From contig JBILPJ010000001.1 of assembly GCA_044373975.1 (NCBI GenBank), forward strand, positions 1-55,469: a stretch of 55,469 nt of DNA, read 5' to 3'. The notes beneath the pieces were generated by a model. The model had not been told where the DNA came from, searched no databases, and saw nothing but the letters and a program-made list of their open reading frames with translations. Position numbers and translations under genes: made by a program. Of this stretch, positions 23,561 through 32,087 are shown one piece after another. The DNA is from Flavobacterium sp. (GTDB lineage Bacteria > Bacteroidota > Bacteroidia > Flavobacteriales > Flavobacteriaceae). Each line of letters opens with the position of its first letter. Position 1 is the stretch's first letter.

Positions 23561-24769
23561 ATGAATCAGAATTACGACCTAATTATTGTTGGTGGAGGTG
23601 CTGCAGGATTTTTCACGGCAATCAATATTGTTGAGAAAAATCCCAAGCTGAAAGTTGCCATTTTAGAACGAGGAACCGAAGTACTCAACAAAGTCCGAAT
23701 TTCTGGCGGAGGCCGCTGCAACGTGACACACGCCTGTTTTGAACCCAACGAATTAGTCAAATTTTATCCTCGTGGCGAAAAAGAATTACGAGGTCCGTTT
23801 CATCAATTTTGCTCTGGAGATACCGTCGAATGGTTCGAAAAACACGGAGTCGAACTAAAAATTGAAGCCGATGGACGAATGTTTCCCGTTTCAAATTCAT
23901 CGCAAACTATAATTGATTGTTTTCAAGATGCCACAAAAAAATTGGGAATTTCTGTTTTAACGAATCAAAGTGTACAATCTATTTTCAAAAAAGACGCACT
24001 TTGGAAAGTCGAAACGCAATCGGAAACCTACATTACCGAGAAATTAATTTTGGCAACAGGCAGCAATCCAAAAATCTGGGAAATGCTTCAAACCTTTGGC
24101 CACGCTATCGTTTCGCCCGTCCCATCCCTATTTACTTTCAATATTAAAGACACACGAATTGCAGCATTACCAGGCGTTGCAGCGCAAGTTTCTGTGAAAG
24201 TTAAAGACACAAAACTCGAAACTTCGGGACCGTTATTAATCACACATTGGGGAATGTCTGGGCCTGCAATTCTAAAATTATCGGCTTGGGGTGCACGGAT
24301 TTTGCACGACAAAAACTACCAATTTACCATTTTTGTGAATTGGCTGAACGATTTAGATGCCGAAAATGTCGAGAAAACCCTCAAAGAATTAAAATTAGAA
24401 CACGCAAAAAAAGCCGTTTCCAAGAAGTCTCCATTTGATTTAACCAACCGTTTATGGGAAAGTTTGGTGCTCGCTTCAGGAATTGAATCAGAGACAAAAT
24501 GGGCAGATTTATCTAAAATCCAACTACAAAATTTATCCAATCAGTTGACAAATGGCACGTTTCAAGTCAATGGAAAAAGCACCTTCAAAGAAGAATTTGT
24601 AACCGCTGGAGGAATTGATTTGAAAGAAATTAATTTCAAAACTATGGAAAGTAAATTGCACGAAAACCTATATTTTGCTGGAGAAATTGTAAATATCGAT
24701 GCCGTAACGGGCGGTTACAATTTCCAAAATGCGTGGACAAGCGGGTTTATTGTCGCCAATTCAATTTAG
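23561..24769 (+). CDS. HI0933/YhiN (BaiN) family NAD(P)/FAD-dependent oxidoreductase
   Basis: GGGAAG, KVRISGGGRCNVT, GRMFP, LITHWGMSGPAIL, VTAGGI, TGGYNFQNAW. Confidence 0.92.
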   Translation: MNQNYDLIIVGGGAAGFFTAINIVEKNPKLKVAILERGTEVLNKVRISGGGRCNVTHACFEPNELVKFYPRGEKELRGPFHQFCSGDTVEWFEKHGVELKIEADGRMFPVSNSSQTIIDCFQDATKKLGISVLTNQSVQSIFKKDALWKVETQSETYITEKLILATGSNPKIWEMLQTFGHAIVSPVPSLFTFNIKDTRIAALPGVAAQVSVKVKDTKLETSGPLLITHWGMSGPAILKLSAWGARILHDKNYQFTIFVNWLNDLDAENVEKTLKELKLEHAKKAVSKKSPFDLTNRLWESLVLASGIESETKWADLSKIQLQNLSNQLTNGTFQVNGKSTFKEEFVTAGGIDLKEINFKTMESKLHENLYFAGEIVNIDAVTGGYNFQNAWTSGFIVANSI

Positions 24770-24786
24770 ATTTTTCACTATTTTAA

Positions 24787-24883
24787 TTAGGAGCGAATTG
24801 TTCCCGCATTTCAGGAATTGCAATTCCCGCTTTCGCCTTTATCTCTTCACTTCGTTACGAGGATATCGGCTCAATCGGGGCTA
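24787..24883 (+). ncRNA. Structured dispersed element, copy A (candidate Flavo-1-type RNA motif)
   Basis: TTAGGAGC...CCCG..inner hairpin..TCGGGGCTA; similar to 29882-29982 and 40514-40627 with compensatory stem changes. Confidence 0.5.
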
Positions 24884-24993
24884 CCGAATTATTCATTTTT
24901 GTACTTTAAATTAAGAGAAGTTTATCCTTTGATTAACAAGAAATTAGTAGTCAAATCAACCATTTAACTTTTTGCTTTAGATATTTTTACAAA

Positions 24994-25728
24994 ATGAAAT
25001 TATCTCAAATCAAATTTGTAGTTTTCTTCCTATTTTTAATTGTACAAATCAGTTTCTCACAATCGGAAACTGTTTACAAGGGCAAAATTCTATGCAATAA
25101 TTTCCCCATTGGAAATATTGAAATAATCAACATAAATTCAGAAAAAAGTGCCTTTTCAAATAGTGCTGGTGAATTTTCAATTCCTGCAAAATCTGAAGAT
25201 ACAGTAGTTTTTGCATCAAAACTTTACGAATACAAAAGAATTTCTGTTCAATCAGAATATCTTAATAATATTATTCAAATCATTTCATTAATAAAAAAAC
25301 CAGAAGAACTTAAAGAAGTAATTGTAACAAAAATGAAATGGCAACATATTGGATCTGACAAAAACGCTTCCAATCAAATCGCTTTAGACAAGATGCAATC
25401 ACAAATTAAAAACCCATTCATTTATGACGGAAGTATTACAAATGGTCCAGATTTAATTAAAATCGGAAAATTAATAATCGATTTATTTAAAAAAGACAAA
25501 ACCGAAGTTAAAAAAGAAATACCCGAGATTCGATTTTATGAATTATCAAAAAACAAAAATTACCAAGAATATTACAGTAAAAGTTTAAATTTAAAACCAG
25601 AAGAAATAGAACTATTTCTACAATTTTGTGATGCAGATCCAAAATCTAAAATTGTTGCTCAAAACAATAATTCGTTGGCGATGATGGATTTTTTATTTGC
25701 AAAAAACCTTGAATTCAAAAAACTATAA
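24994..25728 (+). CDS. Exported protein with carboxypeptidase-regulatory-like N-terminal domain
   Basis: Signal peptide; GKI...NIEIININ...SNSAGEFSI...EELKEVIV pattern. Confidence 0.7.
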   Translation: MKLSQIKFVVFFLFLIVQISFSQSETVYKGKILCNNFPIGNIEIININSEKSAFSNSAGEFSIPAKSEDTVVFASKLYEYKRISVQSEYLNNIIQIISLIKKPEELKEVIVTKMKWQHIGSDKNASNQIALDKMQSQIKNPFIYDGSITNGPDLIKIGKLIIDLFKKDKTEVKKEIPEIRFYELSKNKNYQEYYSKSLNLKPEEIELFLQFCDADPKSKIVAQNNNSLAMMDFLFAKNLEFKKL

Positions 25729-25782
25729 AAAAATGTTTTCTACACGTACTCGACTGAATATTAAAAAACTGAAAACTGAACA

Positions 25783-26262
25783 TTAACCTCGATTCAGCCA
25801 CCAAATACTTGCATTCAAAACAGAAGCAAAACTCACCCAAAGTAAATAGGGAATAAATAAATAACCCGCAATTTTATCGATTTTCCCAAATTGAACGTAG
25901 GTTTCATAAATCATTAGCCACAAGAGTACAATTTCTATTAAAGCCAACATTGGGTTGTGCAATCCAAAAAATAATATCGACCATAGCGCATTCAAAGCCA
26001 ACTGAATCGCAAAGAAAACCAAGGCTTTTTTTACCAATTCTCTATTTGTATCAATTCTGTTCCAAACCAATCCAGCGGCAATTCCCATCATAATATAAAG
26101 CATCGACCAAACTGGCGCAAAAACCCAACTCGGCGGATTAAAACTTGGTTTTACTAAATTAGGAAACCAAGTAGTAACGCTTGATTTCGTTGCCATTCCA
26201 GAAAAATAACCAATCGCAAGACACGTTGCAACAACAATTAAAATTCGTTTATATTTGTTCAT
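25783..26262 (-). CDS. tspO: TspO/MBR tryptophan-rich sensory protein
   Basis: WFPNLVKPSFNPPSWVFAPVW, LNALWS..FFG, PYLLWVSFA; start moved to ATG 26262, with TAAATTTG at 26281-26288 (- strand). Confidence 0.92.
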   Translation of the reverse strand: MNKYKRILIVVATCLAIGYFSGMATKSSVTTWFPNLVKPSFNPPSWVFAPVWSMLYIMMGIAAGLVWNRIDTNRELVKKALVFFAIQLALNALWSILFFGLHNPMLALIEIVLLWLMIYETYVQFGKIDKIAGYLFIPYLLWVSFASVLNASIWWLNRG

Positions 26263-26367
26263 TTCATTTGATTTAGAAAACAAATTTAAGGAAACTTTAC
26301 GTTGAATAGTCAAATTAATTCAACGTATAAATCAAAAAAAGTATCTTTGTAAAAATTTGTACCGTTT

Positions 26368-27480
26368 ATGAGTTCAGCAAACGATTTTATACCTTCAAAA
26401 TACGAACATTCTTTAGAAAAAGGAGCTTTTTCGTGGAGCGCACCAAGCAACATTGCATTAGTGAAATATTGGGGGAAAAAAGACGACCAGAATAGTCAAA
26501 TTCCTGCAAATCCTTCCGTGAGTTTTACATTAAATTCTTGTAAAACCGAAACTAAATTGGCTTTTTCCAAAAAAAATAACGACGGAAATTTCTCTTTTGA
26601 TTTGCTATTTGAAGGAAAGCCAAAAGAAGATTTCAAGCCTAAAATTCAGAAATTTTTAGAACGAATTGAAATTTATTTACCTTTTTTGAAAGACTATCAT
26701 TTTACAATTGAAACGCAAAACACCTTTCCACACAGTTCAGGAATTGCTTCGTCAGCTTCTGGAATGGCGGCTTTGGCAATGAATTTTATGAGTTTAGAAA
26801 AATTGTTGACCCGAAACCTCGGGACAGAAATGACCGAAGAATACTTTTATAAAAAAGCCTCGTTTTTGGCTCGGTTGGGTTCAGGAAGTGCTTGCAGGAG
26901 TGTTAAAGGAAGCGTTGTCGTTTGGGGAAATCACAATAACATTTCTGGAAGTTCCGATTTATTTGGAGTTGAATTTCCTAACGCAATTCACGATAATTTC
27001 AAAAACTATCAAGACACAATATTGCTAGTTGACAAAGGCGAAAAGCAAGTTTCGAGCACCATTGGACACGATTTAATGCACGGTCACCCATTTGCCGAAA
27101 GGCGGTTTCTTCAAGCGCACGAAAATTTAAATTCGCTAATTTCTATTTTTGAAAGTGGCAATTTAACCGAATTTATCAAAATTGTAGAAAGTGAAGCCTT
27201 GACTTTACACGCTATGATGATGACTTCAATTCCCTATTTTATACTGATGAAACCCAATACTTTGGAAATTATAAATGCCATTTGGAAATTCAGAAATGAA
27301 ACTCAAATTCCTGTATGTTTTACATTGGATGCGGGGGCTAACGTGCATATTTTATATCCAGAAAACACAAAGGAAAAAGTTTTACAATTTATTAAGAGCG
27401 AATTAGTTGGCTATTGTCAAAATGGTCAGTACATTTGTGATGAAATTGGATTTGGAAGTCAATTGATAATTGATAATTGA
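26368..27480 (+). CDS. mvaD: Diphosphomevalonate decarboxylase family (GHMP) protein
   Basis: APSNIALVKYWGK, FPHSSGIASSAS, ARLGSGSACRS, FTLDAGANVH; promoter TATCTTTG at 26342-26349. Confidence 0.88.
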   Translation: MSSANDFIPSKYEHSLEKGAFSWSAPSNIALVKYWGKKDDQNSQIPANPSVSFTLNSCKTETKLAFSKKNNDGNFSFDLLFEGKPKEDFKPKIQKFLERIEIYLPFLKDYHFTIETQNTFPHSSGIASSASGMAALAMNFMSLEKLLTRNLGTEMTEEYFYKKASFLARLGSGSACRSVKGSVVVWGNHNNISGSSDLFGVEFPNAIHDNFKNYQDTILLVDKGEKQVSSTIGHDLMHGHPFAERRFLQAHENLNSLISIFESGNLTEFIKIVESEALTLHAMMMTSIPYFILMKPNTLEIINAIWKFRNETQIPVCFTLDAGANVHILYPENTKEKVLQFIKSELVGYCQNGQYICDEIGFGSQLIIDN

Positions 27481-27582
27481 TAATTGATAATTGATAATTG
27501 ATAATTGATAATTGATAATTGATAATTGATAATTGATAATTGATAATTGATAATTGATAATTGATAATTGATAATTGATAAT
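27461..27582. repeat. Perfect heptamer tandem repeat (AATTGAT) x17
   Basis: 119 bp of exact 7-bp period from 27461 to 27579 plus AAT; overlaps the mvaD stop codon. Confidence 0.97.
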
Positions 27583-27595
27583 GTAAAATTAAAGA

Positions 27596-27946
27596 ATGGA
27601 GAAACGAAACGTTATCAAAGAAAAATCATTTTTATTTGCAATTGAAATCGTTGGTCTCTATAAAGTTTTAGTTGAAAGAAAAGAGTTTGTTTTATCAAAA
27701 CAAGTTTTACGTTCTGGGACATCAATTGGAGCAAATATTAGAGAAGCAGAACATGCTCAAAGTAAAGCTGATTTTATACATAAATTATCAATTTCACTAA
27801 AAGAAGCTAACGAAACAGAATATTGGTTAGATTTATTATATGAAACGAAATATATAAATCAAATTGAATTTGAAAATATAAAACCTAAAATAATAGAATT
27901 ATTAAAATTGTTAATCAGCATTATTAACACTTCTAAATCAAAATAA
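27596..27946 (+). CDS. Four helix bundle protein (23S rRNA intervening sequence protein / Avd-like family)
   Basis: Signature KQVLRSGTSIGANIREA..AQSKADFIHKLSISLKEANETEYWL. Confidence 0.92.
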   Translation: MEKRNVIKEKSFLFAIEIVGLYKVLVERKEFVLSKQVLRSGTSIGANIREAEHAQSKADFIHKLSISLKEANETEYWLDLLYETKYINQIEFENIKPKIIELLKLLISIINTSKSK

Positions 27947-27976
27947 TTATTAATTATCCATTGTTAATTATCAATT
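27945..27976. repeat. Degenerate heptamer repeat (AATTATC) x4.5, reverse complement of the 27461 array
   Basis: aattatt aattatc cattgtt aattatc aatt. Confidence 0.8.
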
Positions 27977-27981
27977 AAAAC

Positions 27982-28920
27982 ATGAAAGGACCATTATTTT
28001 ATTCAAAAATATTACTCTTTGGGGAATACGGAATTATTCGCGATTCCAAAGGATTATCAATACCGTATAATTTTTATAATGGCGCACTAAAAAGCGACAA
28101 AAATTCTTCTGAAGAAGCCTTAAAATCAAATGGGAATTTGAAACGTTTTGTAACCTATTTAGAAACTTTACAAAACGAACAACCCGAATTAGTGACTTTT
28201 GATTTATTGGCACTGAAAAACAATGTTGAAGCAGGAATGTATTTTGATTCCAGCATTCCTCAAGGTTACGGTGTGGGCAGTAGCGGCGCACTTGTAGCAG
28301 CAATTTATGATAAATATGCTCAAAACAAAATTACCGTTTTAGAGAATTTAACAAGAGAAAAATTACTTACTTTAAAAAATATTTTCTCTCAAATGGAATC
28401 TTTTTTTCACGGGAAAAGTTCAGGTTTAGATCCTTTAAATAGCTATTTGAGTATTCCAATTTTAATCAATTCTAAAGACAATATTGAAGCAACCGGTATT
28501 CCAACGCAAAGTTTGAACGGAAAAGGAGCCGTATTTTTATTAGATTCAGGAATTGTTGGAGAAACTGCTCCGATGGTGAATATTTTTATGGAAAACCTTA
28601 AAGACAAAGGATTTCGCACGATGTTAAAATCGCAATTTATCAAACATACCGATGCTTGTGTTGAAAATTTCCTTGGTGGCGATATGAAATCATTATTTCA
28701 AAATACCAAAAAATTATCAAAAGTAGTTTTGAATAATTTTAAACCAATGATTCCAGAGCAATTTCACGGCATCTGGCAAGAAGGAATTGACTCAAACGAT
28801 TACTATTTAAAACTTTGCGGCTCAGGCGGCGGCGGTTATATTCTTGGTTTTACAGAAGATTTAGAAAAAGCCAAATTGTCGCTGAAAGACTATAAATTGG
28901 AAGTTGTTTATCAATTTTAG
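27982..28920 (+). CDS. Mevalonate kinase family (GHMP) protein
   Basis: SKILLFGEY, SSIPQGYGVGSSGA, HGKSSGLDP, KLCGSGGGG. Confidence 0.88.
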   Translation: MKGPLFYSKILLFGEYGIIRDSKGLSIPYNFYNGALKSDKNSSEEALKSNGNLKRFVTYLETLQNEQPELVTFDLLALKNNVEAGMYFDSSIPQGYGVGSSGALVAAIYDKYAQNKITVLENLTREKLLTLKNIFSQMESFFHGKSSGLDPLNSYLSIPILINSKDNIEATGIPTQSLNGKGAVFLLDSGIVGETAPMVNIFMENLKDKGFRTMLKSQFIKHTDACVENFLGGDMKSLFQNTKKLSKVVLNNFKPMIPEQFHGIWQEGIDSNDYYLKLCGSGGGGYILGFTEDLEKAKLSLKDYKLEVVYQF

Positions 28921-28947
28921 ATTTCAATACATTTAAAAATTGATGTA

Positions 28948-29862
28948 ATGTTAAGCAGAAAAAGCAAACTTTTAATAATGAAAATTGTCAGTTTGTTCTC
29001 TGTAATTCGGGGTTATAATATTCCAATAATCGTTTTAGCACAATACCTTTCTGCAATATTTATTTTGGCTCCAGAAAAGAGAGCGATGAACGTGATTTTA
29101 GATTTCAATTTGTTTCTAATCGTATTAGCTTCGGCATTAACCATTGCTTCTGGCTATATAATCAACAGCTTTTACGACAGTAAAAAAGATTTAATCAATC
29201 GTCCAAATAAATCCATTTTAGACCGATTAGTAAGTCAGCAAACCAAACTTCGGATTTATTTCACACTCAATTTTGTAGTTGCTTTCTTGGCTTTTTTAAT
29301 TTCTTTTCGGGCGTTTTTATTCTTTTCCGTTTACATATTTCTGATTTGGTTTTATTCCCATAAAGTCAAAAAATTCGTAATTATTGGGAATTTAATGGCA
29401 ACATTTATGGCGGTTTTACCCTTCTTTGCCATACTTTTATATTACAAAAACTTCTACGAAGTAATTCTTGCACACGCCACTTTCCTGTTTTTATTGCTCT
29501 TAATTCGAGAAATGATAAAAGATTTGGAAAACATCAAAGGGGATTTGGCAAATGATTACCAAACAATTCCAATTTTATACGGCGAAATTATTTCCAAAAA
29601 AATCATTACTTTTTTGTCCATATTAACTGTGATTCCAGTTTACATTTTAATAGAAAAATTCGACATTGGTTATATGGATATGTATTTTTATTCCTGCTTG
29701 ATCGTTTTGATTTTCTTTTTGCTTTATTTATGGAAATCAACCACAAAAGAACAGTTTTTACTACTTCACAATGTCCTGAAGTTCCTAATTGTAGCGGGTG
29801 TTTTTTGCATTGTACTCATAAATCCTTCCGTTTTTGTACATTTTGAAAATTTGTTTTTTTAG
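28948..29862 (+). CDS. UbiA-family prenyltransferase (DGGGP synthase-like)
   Basis: GYIINSFYDSKKDLINRP and REMIKDLENIKGD Asp-rich motifs; multiple TM segments. Confidence 0.85.
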   Translation: MLSRKSKLLIMKIVSLFSVIRGYNIPIIVLAQYLSAIFILAPEKRAMNVILDFNLFLIVLASALTIASGYIINSFYDSKKDLINRPNKSILDRLVSQQTKLRIYFTLNFVVAFLAFLISFRAFLFFSVYIFLIWFYSHKVKKFVIIGNLMATFMAVLPFFAILLYYKNFYEVILAHATFLFLLLLIREMIKDLENIKGDLANDYQTIPILYGEIISKKIITFLSILTVIPVYILIEKFDIGYMDMYFYSCLIVLIFFLLYLWKSTTKEQFLLLHNVLKFLIVAGVFCIVLINPSVFVHFENLFF

Positions 29863-29881
29863 AAAATCTTCAAAAGTGTTA

Positions 29882-29982
29882 TTAGGAGCGAATTGTCTTT
29901 CTTTTTCAGGAGATGCAATTCCTGCTGTCCGCTATAGTCTTGCTCCGTTCCTCCGCAAGAGCTACCGCTTCCATCAGGGCTA
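29882..29982 (+). ncRNA. Structured dispersed element, copy B (candidate Flavo-1-type RNA motif)
   Basis: TTAGGAGCGAATTGT...CCTGCTGTCCGCTA..tcttgc/gcaaga stem..TCAGGGCTA. Confidence 0.5.
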
Positions 29983-30089
29983 GATTTTTTTTATTTGATT
30001 TTTTGTTAATGCGGTTATTTGTTTAATCGGGAGTGGGAAAAGTTGTTGGTTGACGGTTGATGGTTGTTGGAAATCTGTGGAAATCTTTT

Positions 30090-30846
30090 AATCTGTGGCG
30101 AAAAAAAACGTTCTCTATTTGTCAATCTGAATTTATTTCAATAAAAAAAAGGGTTAATTCGTTTAATCGTTTAATCGTTTATCTGCGAAAATCCGTTTAA
30201 TCCGTATAATCTGTGGCGAAAAAAACGTTCTCTATTTGTCAATCTGAATTAATTTCAATAAAAAAAAGGGTTAATTCGTTTAATCGTTTAATCGTTTATC
30301 TGCGAAAATCCGTTTAATCCGTATAATCTGTGGCGAAAAAAACGTTCTCTATTTGTCAATCTGAATTTATTTCAATAAAAAAAAGGGTTTATTCGTTTAA
30401 TCGTTTATCTGCGAAAATCCGTTTAATCCGTATAATCTGTGGCGAAAAAAACGTTCTCTATTTGTCAATCTGAATTAATTTCAATAAAAAAAAGGGTTTA
30501 TTCGTTTAATCGTTTAATCGTTTATCTGCGAAAATCCGTTTAATCCGTATAATCTGTGGCGAAAAAAACGTTCTCTATTTGTCAATCTGAATTTATTTCA
30601 ATAAAAAAAGGGTTTATTCGGTTAATCGTTTAATCGTTTAATCGTTTATCTGCGAAAATCCGTTTAATCCGTATAATCTGTGGCGAAAAAAACGTTCTCT
30701 ATTTGTCAATCTGAATTTATTTCAATAAAAAAAAGGGTTTATTCGTTTAATCGTTTAATCGTTTATCTGCGAAAATCCGTTTAATCCGTATAATCTGTGG
30801 CGAAAAAAACGTTCTCTATTTGTCAATCTGAATTTATTTCAGATTC
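30090..30846. repeat. Tandem array of ~117-bp composite units (6 full + 1 partial)
   Basis: AATCTGTGGCG recurs at 30090, 30208, 30325, 30434, 30551, 30675, 30792 (unit lengths 118, 117, 109, 117, 124, 117). Confidence 0.95.
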
Positions 30847-30974
30847 TATTTCAAGTTTAAAAGTTTATTTAAAATCTGTGACCCGAGACCAAAGGTCGAA
30901 CAGACGAAGTAATCTGTGGCAAAAAGTGAGAATTAGGATTTGTAATGTTTGCTCTTGATTCATTTCTATTTTCG

Positions 30975-31000
30975 AAAACCACACGAAAGAATTCGTGCGG
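30975..31000 (-). terminator. Probable intrinsic terminator of the S1-domain gene
   Basis: Minus strand CCGCACGAA-TTCT-TTCGTGTGG-TTTT, 20 bp after the stop codon. Confidence 0.55.
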
Positions 31001-31019
31001 AAGCGGGGGAAATGATTTA

Positions 31020-32087
31020 CTATTGAGCAATTACAACTTTTATTAACCTAAATTCTTTAATGATTTTAATTACCTCGAAATTAGTAAACTCACTTTCTGT
31101 CAATATACTGCCATCTGATTTTTTAAGGTCACTTTCTTGTATGTAAGCCATACAATTTTCTTCTAATTTAATAGTAGCACCCTTTATATTTGTTTCGTAA
31201 ATTTTATTATGGTGAATGGTACCAACAGCATATTTTATTTCAAATTGATCCCAAGGATTTAGGGTTAATTGTTTGATGCTTAAATTTAATTTACGATGAC
31301 CGTCTTTGTTTTCTACAACCATAACTTCTAATTTATCCCCTTCTTTTAATATTTCAGATGGATGTTTGTATTTTGTAACCCAAGACAGTTCTGATATATG
31401 AACCAATCCATCAATGTAATATCCTAAATTTATAAAAGCACCATATTTGGAGATTTTTTTGACGATTCCAAAATGCCTAGTACCTATAGCATATTTTGAA
31501 CTAACCTTTAAGCTTGGGTCTGGAATTAATCGTTTTATGCTTAATTCAAATTCATATTTTTCGATATCTAATACCGTTATTACTGCATCTATCTGATTGC
31601 CTATTGCAAAAGATTTTTTAATAAAATCGAACTGTTCATTTTCTTTAAGAGCCCAATTTACCCATCTAATCTCTTTAATATCAATTATGTCTTCAACACC
31701 ATTTTGTAACTTTACTAATAAACCATAGCGTTCAATTGATATTACTTTACATTTAATAATATCCCCAATTACTCCTACTTTATTTATTAATTCCCAAGGG
31801 TTTTTTTTTAATTGTTTTAACCCTACTTGAATTTTTTTTGTGTCTTCATCAATGCTTAATACTATTACATTTATTTTTTGTTTCAATTTTACAATTTCAT
31901 TGGGGTCACTAATCTTGTACCAACTAAGGTTACTTATATGGATAAAACCAACATCATCGCCAATGTTTACAAATACACCGTAGGGCACGATGCTTTTTAC
32001 AGATACTCTAATTTTTTTTCCGATTGATAATTTTGGGGTCATTGGTTTGGGGGTTATAAATGTTAAAATTTTTTTGATTGTGGACAC
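31020..32087 (-). CDS. Multi-S1 RNA-binding domain protein (truncated RpsA-like paralogue, about 4 S1 domains)
   Basis: Repeated S1 motifs PYGVFV..GFIHISNLSW, KYGAFI..DGLVHISELSW, LSIKQL..NPW; start GTG 32087 or ATG 32042. Confidence 0.85.
   Translation of the reverse strand: MSTIKKILTFITPKPMTPKLSIGKKIRVSVKSIVPYGVFVNIGDDVGFIHISNLSWYKISDPNEIVKLKQKINVIVLSIDEDTKKIQVGLKQLKKNPWELINKVGVIGDIIKCKVISIERYGLLVKLQNGVEDIIDIKEIRWVNWALKENEQFDFIKKSFAIGNQIDAVITVLDIEKYEFELSIKRLIPDPSLKVSSKYAIGTRHFGIVKKISKYGAFINLGYYIDGLVHISELSWVTKYKHPSEILKEGDKLEVMVVENKDGHRKLNLSIKQLTLNPWDQFEIKYAVGTIHHNKIYETNIKGATIKLEENCMAYIQESDLKKSDGSILTESEFTNFEVIKIIKEFRLIKVVIAQ

Noticed and set aside
24729-24914. 61-aa ORF after the flavoprotein gene
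   Set aside because: Spans structured element copy A; no protein-like features.
27596-27946. Diversity-generating retroelement suggested by the Avd-like fold
   Set aside because: No reverse transcriptase and no TR/VR pair differing at adenines seen in the window.
30090-30846. CRISPR array interpretation of the ~117-bp repeats
   Set aside because: Units are near-identical along their whole length, with no unique spacers and no cas genes in the window.
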